This document shows positions 36,401-44,908 of a DNA stretch of 64,000 nt, piece by piece. The notes under the pieces were generated by a model. It was not told the DNA's origin. It was given only the letters and a program-made list of their open reading frames with translations, and ran no database searches. The translations under genes were made by a program, and so were the position numbers. The DNA is from an uncultured Chloroflexia bacterium (lineage in GTDB: Bacteria > Chloroflexota > Anaerolineae > Anaerolineales > E44-bin32): NCBI GenBank assembly GCA_963777165.1, contig CAVZPO010000022.1, positions 12,082 to 76,081 on the forward strand. The letters are read 5' to 3'. The first letter of the stretch is position 1, and every line of letters begins with the position of its first letter.

Positions 36401-36595
36401 CGGCACCGCGCCCTTACGCTTGGCCGCACGCGCCGGCGGATCCGGGGCGGGCCCATAGGCCCACGTTCGCGATCCACCGCATGTTCTTCACCTGAGGGAT
36501 CTCAGTTGGCTTCCCGCCTGAACGTCATCACCTGCCAGCTGGCGCTGCCAACTGTCAGGTGACGTCTCTTCGCGTGCCGGAGCGTTGAGTGCCGT

Positions 36596-37253
36596 CTAGT
36601 CGACGAATGGAGTAAAGACCGCCCACAGGAGCAGCCCGATCGAAGCGCAGAAACTCAGCAGAGGCGGGAGGAGGAAAGGAGTGCTGGTCTTGCGGTAATA
36701 GCGGGAGGCGTAGAAGGATATAAGTCGCCTGCTGCCGTCCCGCCTGCGTGGCCCGGACCTCGAGCTCCCTTCCGCGGCGACGCATGTCTTCGACGCGATC
36801 ATGATGCGCGCCGGCCAATCGCTCCAGGTCCTCCGTAGGGACATTCCGGACCGACAGCCATTCATCCTCGACCTGGGCTCCCCCGGCGTAATCGCGGGTG
36901 AACACCATGCCTCCGCCGCGCAGCGGCGTGTAGAGATAGACGGAAGCCGGGGCACCGAAAGGTTGTAGGACGATCGAGGCGAAGGCTGTGTGGTCGCGGG
37001 CGGCCAGCGCCACCTCCCGGAATTCCGGCCCCCACCAAGGCAGCTTCTCGACTTTCACGCCGAGCAGGAAGTAGTGCAGCCGCTTCAGCCGGTCCAGGCT
37101 TTCCACCAGCGCGGGCGAGTCCCCGAGGACCTTGGCCTCCTGATCGATGGGCAAGAACCAGCAGCGCAGCATCCCCGGTCGGATGCGCATCAGGAGAGGC
37201 GGGAGCGCACGCCGGCCTGTGAGCAATACCAGCGCCAGTGCCACAAACAACAC
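36596..37253 (-). pseudogene. hypothetical membrane-anchored protein, frame broken near 36712-36726
   Basis: GTG start. N-terminal anchor LFVALALVLLTG. After ...AGRQQATY the plausible tail ISFYASRYYRKTSTPFLLPPLLSFCASIGLLLWAVFTPFVD* is in another frame (stop 36596-36598). Confidence 0.45.
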
Positions 37254-37354
37254 GGCCAGTTCAAGTTAACTCATCACCCGTCCCCTCTGGCGCCCCCAAG
37301 CAGATCTCCGGCTGCCCCGGGTGTGCCGCATCCGCCGCCCCCGTAGCGATCGGA

Positions 37355-38050
37355 TTACGGAGCGGGCGCATAGGTCCCCGTCCAATCGGCTGTGGCTACG
37401 ACGTGCCCCTCCAGCGCGGCCAACACCGCCTGGGGAGGCGAGCCCGTCGGCAATGCCAGCGGCTCGTCCAGCGCAAGCAACCGGAACACGTAGGTGTGCT
37501 CGTCGGGCGGGCAAGGTCCGTCATAGCCTGCGCCGCGGATCACCGCCCCACCCGGGAAGGTGCCCCCGTTGGCGGTGAAGAAGTCGTTGGGGGTTTCGAT
37601 CCCGCCGTCCAACGCCTGCGCGTTGCCCGTCGCGCCCTCCGGTAACCCGGTGGAGGTTGTTGGAAGAGCGTAGACCATCCAGTGGATGAAACCCAAATCG
37701 GTCCCGGCGCCCAACTCAGGACCGGCGTCAGCGTCGTAGACGATCAGCGCCAGCGATCGTGCCTCGGCGGGGACGCCGGACCAGGAGAAGGAGGGCGAGG
37801 CGTTCTCGCCCCTGCAGGTGTAGCGGTTCGGGATCGCGCCGCCGTCCTCAAATGCATCGAGCTGCAGCGCCAAGGTGGGCACGGGAGTGGAAGTGACGCT
37901 TGCGTCTGCAGTGTCCGTCAGCTTCATCCCGTCGCCACCGCTCGGGGCGGACTGCAGTTCCGGCGTCGATGGCGCGTGGGCGGTTGCGCATCCTGCCAGG
38001 CACCCGACAGCGAGCGCGCCTGAGATTAGGATCGCGATCCGTCGGTCCAT
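37355..38050 (-). CDS. YbhB/YbcL (PEBP, Raf-kinase-inhibitor-like) family lipoprotein
   Basis: Lipobox LAGC. Motifs IPNRYTCRGENASPSFSW, LALIVYDADAG.....FIHWMVY and GYDGPCPP...HTYVFRLLAL. Confidence 0.85.
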   Translation of the reverse strand: MDRRIAILISGALAVGCLAGCATAHAPSTPELQSAPSGGDGMKLTDTADASVTSTPVPTLALQLDAFEDGGAIPNRYTCRGENASPSFSWSGVPAEARSLALIVYDADAGPELGAGTDLGFIHWMVYALPTTSTGLPEGATGNAQALDGGIETPNDFFTANGGTFPGGAVIRGAGYDGPCPPDEHTYVFRLLALDEPLALPTGSPPQAVLAALEGHVVATADWTGTYAPAP

Positions 38051-38075
38051 CGAAGGCTCCTGGAGGGGTCAGTTC

Positions 38076-38471
38076 TCAGCGCGCCGTTCGGAAGTAGACC
38101 TTCATCGGCTCGAAGTAGTGATCGATCCAACCCTGGGCATACTCCGCGCCTTGCCCCTCAGGCATCTCCGTGTGACGGAGGACCAACCGGGTGCCGCCGC
38201 GCTCGGCGTGCAGCTCGAGCACCAGCTGCGAGTCCGGCGCATCAGGCGGAAAGTCGGTTGTCCTCCACGACTGCTCGATCCGCTGCGGCGGATCCAGCAC
38301 GAGCGTCGTCCCGCTGATGTATCCGTCCCAGGCCGAAAACGCGCCGCCCGGTACAGGATCGATCTCAGCCTCCCCGCCGGTGAATGCGCCGTGCGCCTCG
38401 CTGTCCAGCCAGGCGCGGTACAACACCTTCGGCGTAACGGCAAACCACTCTTCCAGGATCACCGATTCCAT
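38076..38471 (-). CDS. SRPBCC superfamily protein (AHSA1/Aha1-like domain)
   Basis: LYRAWLDSEAH.AFTGG.A..D...GG.F..WDGYISG....L.P..RI.QSWR...F and GW...YF.P match the AHSA1 pattern. GGGGAG RBS before ATG 38471. Confidence 0.8.
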   Translation of the reverse strand: MESVILEEWFAVTPKVLYRAWLDSEAHGAFTGGEAEIDPVPGGAFSAWDGYISGTTLVLDPPQRIEQSWRTTDFPPDAPDSQLVLELHAERGGTRLVLRHTEMPEGQGAEYAQGWIDHYFEPMKVYFRTAR

Positions 38472-38842
38472 TCTCAACTCCCCTTCGCCGACTCTTCGGC
38501 ACTGTCGCGGCAGCGACCTCGTCTTCTCCGCCTACGGGCCCCTTCCTTGCGGCATTCGCCCCCACTCTACCTTAAGTCGCGAGGCACTCCAAGTGCGGGC
38601 CAATCCTGGGTCCGGTGCGCACCGAGCGACTCTGCGGCCTGCCGCCCGACTCTGTGCGCACCGATGGCTGCGGGTCCTCGACCGAGCGGCGGCTTGCCGA
38701 AGCACGCGACCGATGGAATCAATCGCAGCGACAAACTCATCTCCACGGGGCGCCGGGATCATGTTCACCTGATCTCCGTGCGCGTGGGCGGAGACGGACG
38801 CAGGACCGGTCTTGACCTGGAAAAGGTTCCGCCGGTCCAACG

Positions 38843-38926
38843 GATTCCTTAAAGCTACGCGCGTCGGACCACAACGTGCCCGCGTCTTGAATCTTAAAGG
38901 AATCGGGCGCAAACCCGCCTTTAAGG
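38843..38926. promoter_or_regulatory. AT-rich element with three CCTTAAAGG-like sites, two forming a 12-bp inverted repeat
   Basis: CCTTAAAGC at 38847-38855, TCTTAAAGG at 38892-38900, CCTTTAAGG at 38918-38926. GATTCCTTAAAG (38843-38854) and CTTAAAGGAATC (38893-38904) pair with one central mismatch. Confidence 0.35.
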
Positions 38927-39030
38927 TTTCCCCAGGCAGCGGCGCATTCTCGGTCAACTCGTCGTTATCGATATGACCGCCACGGGTGGTCGGCGGTCGT
39001 GAATAGGAGCCAAGGGCTAGCCTAGAATGC

Positions 39031-39059
39031 TTGACCTAGCCATAATGTCGTGGTAAACT
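39031..39059 (+). promoter_or_regulatory. sigma70-like promoter upstream of the ATP-grasp gene
   Basis: TTGACC (39031-39036), 17-nt spacer, TAAACT (39054-39059). About 70-nt leader to ATG 39134. Confidence 0.45.
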
Positions 39060-39133
39060 TGCAAAGGAATTAGAAACGGACGGTCGGCAAACAACGTTGA
39101 ACCGCCTACCGCCGGGAGCCATATCCGTACACC

Positions 39134-40408
39134 ATGTCAGCCCGCCAGCGACCTGAGGTCGCCAGAACACCGGCGACGCCCTCCCCCAAGGATCTCGAGC
39201 CCGACTCTGAAGAGCCTCCGAGCGCGCGCGAAGCTCGCCGCGTGACGGCCCGCGCGACTCCCACTCGCCGAACCCTAACGCAGACACAATCGGCCGACCC
39301 GCGACTCGAGAATCTCGAGCTCGCTGCGACGGATCCGACTTTCCTTCCCGATGTCCTGGTCGAGCCACGACCGCGCCAGCGCCGTCTACCGCGGCGCATC
39401 ACCGATCTGAGCGCCGTCGAGGTGGTCGTGCTCTACAGCCTGGCCCTCGGGCTGGAGCGCGGACGCCCGGAGGACCTGCTGGCCGACGAAGAGACCGAGC
39501 AGGTCGCGCGTCACGTGGCCCAGGCGCTGGAGGGAGAAGTCGGCGCGGTGCACCTGGCGCCGGTGTGGGACGACGTCACCTCGGCGATGCGCCCGTTCGA
39601 CTCGCGCCGTTCGGTCGTCTTCAACCTGGTCGAGAGCCTGGGCGGACGTGGGTTCAGCGAGGCGGAAGTGCCGCGCCTGCTTCGGTCGATGGGATACATC
39701 CACACCGGCGGCAGCTATCAATCGCTCCGCCGCAGCGGCAACAAGATGGTGGCCAAGCGGCTTCTCGAAAGCAACGGTTTGAAGACGCCGCGCTACCAGG
39801 TCTTCCATCGCCGCAGCGATCGCAACCTGCAGGTGCCGCTCCCGGCGATCGTTAAGCCGGTGGCCGAGGGCGGCAGTTTCGGGGTGACCCAGGACTCGCT
39901 CGCTCAGACCGAAGAGCAGCTCCAGGCTCAGATCGACCTGGTCCTGCGCACCTACCATCAGCCTGCGCTGGTCGAGGAGTATATCGTCGGCCGCGAGATC
40001 AACGTCGCCCTGTGGGGCAACGGCCAGCCCGAAGTCCTGCCGATCTCCGAGATCCTCTTCGAATGGACGCACGACCCGCTGCGCCAGTTCGTGACCTTCG
40101 ACGCCAAATGGGTTGAGGCCTCGCCCGAGTATCAGCACACGCCCGGCGTTTGCCCGGCTCGCCTATCTGCCGAGGACCAGGCGCGGATCGAAGATGCCGC
40201 CGTCCGCACGTACCAATTGCTGGGCATCAAGGGCTTCGCCCGGGTCGACATGCGCCTGCGCGACGGCGAGCCCTACATCCTGGAAGTGAATGTCAACCCG
40301 GACCTGGCTCCGGACGCGGGGTTCTTCCGCTCCGCCCGGGCCGCCGGCCATACCTACCCGTCCATGGTGTTGACGATCCTCAAGATGGCCCTTGCCTCGC
40401 GGCCGTGA
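39134..40408 (+). CDS. D-alanine--D-alanine ligase-family ATP-grasp enzyme with ~95-aa low-complexity N-terminal extension
   Basis: ATP-grasp core: GNKMVAKRLLESNGLKTPRY, PAIVKPVAEGGSFGV, ALVEEYIVGREINVA, FARVDMRLRDGEPYILEVNVNP. The N-terminus is P/R/T/E-rich. An internal GTG at 39422 is an alternative start. Confidence 0.8.
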   Translation: MSARQRPEVARTPATPSPKDLEPDSEEPPSAREARRVTARATPTRRTLTQTQSADPRLENLELAATDPTFLPDVLVEPRPRQRRLPRRITDLSAVEVVVLYSLALGLERGRPEDLLADEETEQVARHVAQALEGEVGAVHLAPVWDDVTSAMRPFDSRRSVVFNLVESLGGRGFSEAEVPRLLRSMGYIHTGGSYQSLRRSGNKMVAKRLLESNGLKTPRYQVFHRRSDRNLQVPLPAIVKPVAEGGSFGVTQDSLAQTEEQLQAQIDLVLRTYHQPALVEEYIVGREINVALWGNGQPEVLPISEILFEWTHDPLRQFVTFDAKWVEASPEYQHTPGVCPARLSAEDQARIEDAAVRTYQLLGIKGFARVDMRLRDGEPYILEVNVNPDLAPDAGFFRSARAAGHTYPSMVLTILKMALASRP

Positions 40409-40881
40409 TCGACATTCGCCCCACGCAATCTGAAGATGCCGACGCTCTGCTCCGTCTGGCCGGAGCAGAGCCGCTTTTCTCCCAGGAAGAAGCGGCCACC
40501 GTGGCCGAGCTGCTCGAGTCCTATCTGGCGGATGAGGATCCCAACGGCTACTTCTTCCTGAGTGCGATGGAGGATGACGAGCTGCTTGGCTTCGTCTGCT
40601 ATGGCCCCACACCGCTCACGCAGGGGACCTTCGATCTGTACTGGATCGCAGTCGGCCTGGGGGCCAAAGGCAAAGGTGTCGGACGCGCCCTCATGGCCCA
40701 GACGGAGAATGAGGTGCTCAAGCAGGGCGGTCGGATGATCGTGCTGGACACCTCGGGGCGCGGCGAGTACGCCCCCACGCGGGCCTTCTACCAGCGCCTG
40801 GGCTACACCCTCGCCGCGACGATCCCGGAGTTCTACGCTCCGGGCGACGACCTGATCATCTTCACCCGCACGCTGGCCTGA
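40405..40881 (+). CDS. GNAT family N-acetyltransferase
   Basis: The GTG start overlaps the ATP-grasp stop (GTGA). Contains IAVGLGAKGKGVGRALM (acetyl-CoA-binding Q/RxxGxG/A block) and FYQRLGY. Confidence 0.85.
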   Translation: MIDIRPTQSEDADALLRLAGAEPLFSQEEAATVAELLESYLADEDPNGYFFLSAMEDDELLGFVCYGPTPLTQGTFDLYWIAVGLGAKGKGVGRALMAQTENEVLKQGGRMIVLDTSGRGEYAPTRAFYQRLGYTLAATIPEFYAPGDDLIIFTRTLA

Positions 40882-40890
40882 ACGAAGCCA

Positions 40891-40912
40891 ACGGGGCCGC
40901 GCGCGGCCCCGT
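40891..40912. terminator. 22-bp perfect palindrome between convergent GNAT and MoaD-like genes
   Basis: ACGGGGCCGCGCGCGGCCCCGT. The flanking T-tract is weak. Confidence 0.45.
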
Positions 40913-40945
40913 GTCGTTCCCTACTCACCTGGTATCTTGCGCCGA

Positions 40946-41197
40946 CTACGCGTGCCGACCACCCCCCGACATCGCAGGGATCAATCGAACCTCGTCACCC
41001 TCGGCAAGCGGCGTGTCGACGTCGGCGATCTTGCCGTTGACGACCAACAGAATGGCATCGTCGCGGAGCGAGACGTCGAGCGCCTCCACCACCGTACGCA
41101 TCGTCGCCCCGGGCGCCAGGTCCAGCGTCAGCCGATCGACGATGCCATCCGGCGTCTCCCGCCGGAGCGTCGTATGCAGACGGACCGTCACGACCAT
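40946..41197 (-). CDS. MoaD/ThiS-family ubiquitin-like sulfur-carrier protein with C-terminal extension past the GG
   Basis: 83 aa. Contains ...LVVNGKIADVDTPLAEGDEVRLIPAMSGGGRHA*. The ATG overlaps the AOR stop by 10 nt. Confidence 0.75.
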   Translation of the reverse strand: MVVTVRLHTTLRRETPDGIVDRLTLDLAPGATMRTVVEALDVSLRDDAILLVVNGKIADVDTPLAEGDEVRLIPAMSGGGRHA

Positions 41198-42897
41198 CCG
41201 GCCACCCGATCCAGGTCGGCATCGTCGACATCGAACACGCTGTTGTGAGGCGGCAACGGCTCCTGAGTCATCCATTCTGGAATGCGGTCATCCGAGGCAT
41301 CAAAGCCGGCGGCCAGATTGAAGGCGCGCTCCAGCCGAAGTGTCTCCAACCCCAGTTCCTGCAGCACGTCATCGCCGACGCCCCAGCCATACCGACCATT
41401 GATCAGGTTGCGGATGGCGCCCGGCGCCTTGGCGAAGCCGAAGCCGCCGAAGATGCACGCGCCGAGCGTGTCGTACCCGGCCATGTTGATCTGCGCCGCA
41501 CGCGATACATCGGCTTGGATCTTCGGGTCGAGGTGGTCGATCTTGGCGCGGATCGTCAGGCCGCAGGTGTGGTCCGCACCCTGGGCCGAGGTGGCATAGG
41601 TCACACCGGTGCCTTTGATGGCGCGCGGGTCGTACGCCGGCATCGCCTGCCCCTTGACGACCGGGACGCGCCGGATGCCAAGCACGCGCCCGGTGACCGC
41701 CGCGCCCGATCCCAGGATTCGCCCGAGCGGTGTGCCGCGACGGATCTCTCCCAACAACTCCGTCGCCCGGGCCGCGTCGCCGAAGGTCATCAGCCCGGCC
41801 TGGGCTGCAACGCCCAGCGCCGCGCCGGTATCGATGGTGTCGAGCCCCAGGTCATTGATCTCCCAGTTCAGGCGCCCGATGTCGTCCAGGTTGTCGATTC
41901 CCAGATTGGCGCCGACCAGCCCGATGGTCTCGTACTCCAGGGGTGAGACGATCTTCTCCCCCTGCGGACCCCCGAAGCAGTTCGAACTCTGGATCACGCA
42001 CCCCGCCATGCAGGCGTGAGACGGCTCGCTCGTTCCGCCGCGCGACAGCATCAGGTCGCGTAACGCCTCTCCACTGATCTTGTCGATCCCCTCGAAGTCC
42101 CCGGTGGAGAAGCCCCGCGTGGGAAGGGCGCCGAAACCATGCGTCATCGACGCCAGCCCCGCCGTGCCGTAATCGCGGTAGAGGGCCGTCTGGGGATGCG
42201 CCATCACTGCCTGCGTGTACAGCTTCTGCCCGGCCTTGAACATCGCGGCGTCGACCAGGGTTGGCTTCTCCCCGCCCGCGCTGTCGATCACCATCGCCTT
42301 CAGCCGACGGGCGCCCATCACGGCGCCCATGCCGCCGCGGGCATTGATCCGCGACGGCTCGCGGTCCTTGTCCAGGTTGAGGATGCCGGAGGCAAGCAGC
42401 TGCATTTCTCCACCGGGGCCGATCAGGCTCAGGGCGACCTTGTCGCCATAGCGGCCACGCAGTTTCTCCGCCGCGGCATAGGCTCCGAGCCCGGCCAGGT
42501 CATCCGCCGGCTCGAAGCGCAATCCGTCCTTGCTCACGTGCAGCACCCACCACCCGTCGGAGGGCAGGCCCCCTTCGAGCACCAGCGCCTTGATGCCGAG
42601 GGAGACCATGTGCAATCCGGTCGTGCCCCCGGCGTTGCTCTCCTTCACGCCGCCGGTGAGCGGGCTCTTGGCGCCGACGGAGATGCGGTCGCACGACGAG
42701 ACCATGTGCCCGACAATCAAGCCCGGAGCCCAGACAAGTTTGTTGCGCGGGCCGAGCGGGTCGCAGCGCGGGGGCACTTCGTCCATGAGTATCCGGGCGA
42801 TCAGGCCGCGTCCCCCGAGACGCTGCCAGGACGGAGGCACAGGTTCGCGGCCTGTTTGCCTGTTGGCCATATCCACCCGCCAGACCCGCTCCTCCAT
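41188..42897 (-). CDS. aldehyde:ferredoxin oxidoreductase (AOR) family protein, divergent cluster motif
   Basis: N-terminal AOR domain (LGGRGLIARIL, GAKSPLTGG, SNAGG), then EYETIG..GANLGI and GLDTIDTG. The Fe-S Cys block is HACMAGCVIQSSNC rather than CxxCxxxC. GAGGAG RBS before ATG 42897. Confidence 0.85.
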   Translation of the reverse strand: MEERVWRVDMANRQTGREPVPPSWQRLGGRGLIARILMDEVPPRCDPLGPRNKLVWAPGLIVGHMVSSCDRISVGAKSPLTGGVKESNAGGTTGLHMVSLGIKALVLEGGLPSDGWWVLHVSKDGLRFEPADDLAGLGAYAAAEKLRGRYGDKVALSLIGPGGEMQLLASGILNLDKDREPSRINARGGMGAVMGARRLKAMVIDSAGGEKPTLVDAAMFKAGQKLYTQAVMAHPQTALYRDYGTAGLASMTHGFGALPTRGFSTGDFEGIDKISGEALRDLMLSRGGTSEPSHACMAGCVIQSSNCFGGPQGEKIVSPLEYETIGLVGANLGIDNLDDIGRLNWEINDLGLDTIDTGAALGVAAQAGLMTFGDAARATELLGEIRRGTPLGRILGSGAAVTGRVLGIRRVPVVKGQAMPAYDPRAIKGTGVTYATSAQGADHTCGLTIRAKIDHLDPKIQADVSRAAQINMAGYDTLGACIFGGFGFAKAPGAIRNLINGRYGWGVGDDVLQELGLETLRLERAFNLAAGFDASDDRIPEWMTQEPLPPHNSVFDVDDADLDRVAGWS

Positions 42898-42980
42898 ACC
42901 CGCTCCTCTCACACCCCGGCACGTCCAGGTCTGATCCTGTCAGGGCAGGAAGCCCTGACGTGGGATCTACCGTCACGGCA

Positions 42981-44876
42981 TCAGAGGACCCACTCCAGGT
43001 CCAGTCGTCTCAGCGTCTCCACCGTTGGGTTCCCGGTCTTCGAATCCCAACCGGCCTGCGCGTAGTATTCTTGCAGGGCCCCATCGACCTCTTCATGCGT
43101 CAGCGCCACACCGTCCGTCGGGCCTCCGCCGGTCAGCGGACGATAGAACTTGTCCGGCAGCCGGTCGGCCTCCTTGCCGATGCCCATGCGGGCGTTGAAG
43201 GCGCGCAGCATGTTCAGGCGTCGCTCGCCGATCGCCAAGAGCTCGTCGAGCGTGAAGTCTTCCCACCCGGTGGCGGCGCGCACGAACTCGACGGTTTCCT
43301 GGGGACCGTACAGCGTCCAGGCCGGCCCCCACACGAACTGACACAGAGCCGCCGTGTCGAGGAAGGAGTAGAAGTATTGCCCCTTGAGGGCGTAGCGCAC
43401 TTTCTCTGCATCCAGGGAACGCGGCGCCAGCGTATGGTCAAAGCCCATCAGCTTGAGCCGGCCCATGTACAGGTCGGAGGCACCCTCCTCGATCATCGGA
43501 TCATGCTCGGAGGACTGATGGTCGGCGCCAAAGGGGTTGACCGCATAGATCACCGCCAGCGAACGTTTCGCCTGCGGCATGTGGGCCGGCGCCTCGGCGC
43601 CCTTGACCGTGATCAGCAGTGCCTCCCCCTTCCCCAACTTCTCCGCCGCACGCTGCGAGCCCTCGGCCAGCAGGTCTCCGAATCCCTCCCGCCGGGCGAT
43701 CCCCTGCGTCAGACGGATCATGGCCCCGGCGTCGCCGAAAGGTGCCGGAAATCCGATCTCCTTGTCCGTCAGAATGCCTTTCTCGTAGCACTCCATCGCC
43801 CAGGCGACAGTCGCCCCTGTGCCGATGGTGTCGAGGCCGTACGCATTGCAGATCTGGTTCGCCAGCGAGACCGCCTCAAGCTCCTTGACGCCGCAGTACG
43901 ATCCGAAGGTGCCGATGGTCTCGTACTCCGGACCGCCGTAGCGACGCTCGACAGGGGTCCCTTCCCATTCCGTCTCCACGACGCGCTTGCAGCGTACGGC
44001 ACATGCATAGCAGGTGTCGTTGGCTTTGAGGATCGTGTCGGCCATCGTCTCGCCCTGCAAGCCCTCAAAGTGCTCGAATTGCCCGGCGTTGTAGTTGAAG
44101 GTCGGAAGGGTGCCGCTGAAGTGCTGGAAGGAAACGACGCCAGCCGTGCCGTACTTCTGCAGCCCGAGGACGTCACCGTTGTTCTCGATGTCGGCAGCCC
44201 CGGCCTTCGCCATCGCGCTGATGCGCCTGGCATCGGCCCAATCCAGCCGCTTGCTCTTGCCCCGTGCCACGACGGCCTTCAGGTTCTTCGAGCCCATGAC
44301 TGCGCCCAAGCCCGTCCGCCCGTTGGCGCGGTTGGCCATGTTGATGATCGCCGCCAGCCGGACCAGCTTCTCCCCCGCCGGCCCGCACTGGGCGATTTCG
44401 ATCTTGTCATCGCCGAGCTCCGCCTTGAGCGCCTCGTCCACCTGGGACGTCGTCTTGCCCCACAGGTGATCGGCGGGCCGCAGCTCGGCCTGCCCGTCGT
44501 GCAGCCACAGGTAGACGGGGGATGCCGCCTTTCCGGTGATCACCAACCCGTCGAAGCCGGCAAAACGCATCTCGGCCGGGAAGAAGCCGCCGCTCTGCGC
44601 ATCCCCGATGCCGTCGACGAGTGGCGACAGCGCGTTGGCGCACATGCGGCTCTGCCCGGAGATCGGCGCCCCGGTCAGCAGGCTGACAAACATGGTCAGT
44701 ACGTTCTCCGGACCGAGCGGATCGATGCCGGGGCGGGTGTGCTTGAGGATGTAGTACATCCCCATCGCCGAGCCGCCGAAGTACCGACGGTAGAACGACT
44801 CGGGCGGCGTCTCCATCTCCACCACGCCGTTCGTCAGATCGACGTGTGCAATCCGGCCGGTGCGTGCGTCTGGCAT
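42981..44876 (-). CDS. aldehyde:ferredoxin oxidoreductase (tungsten/molybdopterin AOR family)
   Basis: AGGAGG lies 6 nt before ATG 44876. Contains RIAHVDLTNG, FGGSAMGMYY, the canonical CYACAVRCKR [4Fe-4S] motif, EYETIGTFGSYCG and GLDTIGTG. Confidence 0.9.
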   Translation of the reverse strand: MPDARTGRIAHVDLTNGVVEMETPPESFYRRYFGGSAMGMYYILKHTRPGIDPLGPENVLTMFVSLLTGAPISGQSRMCANALSPLVDGIGDAQSGGFFPAEMRFAGFDGLVITGKAASPVYLWLHDGQAELRPADHLWGKTTSQVDEALKAELGDDKIEIAQCGPAGEKLVRLAAIINMANRANGRTGLGAVMGSKNLKAVVARGKSKRLDWADARRISAMAKAGAADIENNGDVLGLQKYGTAGVVSFQHFSGTLPTFNYNAGQFEHFEGLQGETMADTILKANDTCYACAVRCKRVVETEWEGTPVERRYGGPEYETIGTFGSYCGVKELEAVSLANQICNAYGLDTIGTGATVAWAMECYEKGILTDKEIGFPAPFGDAGAMIRLTQGIARREGFGDLLAEGSQRAAEKLGKGEALLITVKGAEAPAHMPQAKRSLAVIYAVNPFGADHQSSEHDPMIEEGASDLYMGRLKLMGFDHTLAPRSLDAEKVRYALKGQYFYSFLDTAALCQFVWGPAWTLYGPQETVEFVRAATGWEDFTLDELLAIGERRLNMLRAFNARMGIGKEADRLPDKFYRPLTGGGPTDGVALTHEEVDGALQEYYAQAGWDSKTGNPTVETLRRLDLEWVL

Positions 44877-44908
44877 CGGAGCCTCCTGTACCCGTGACCC
44901 AATTCTAC

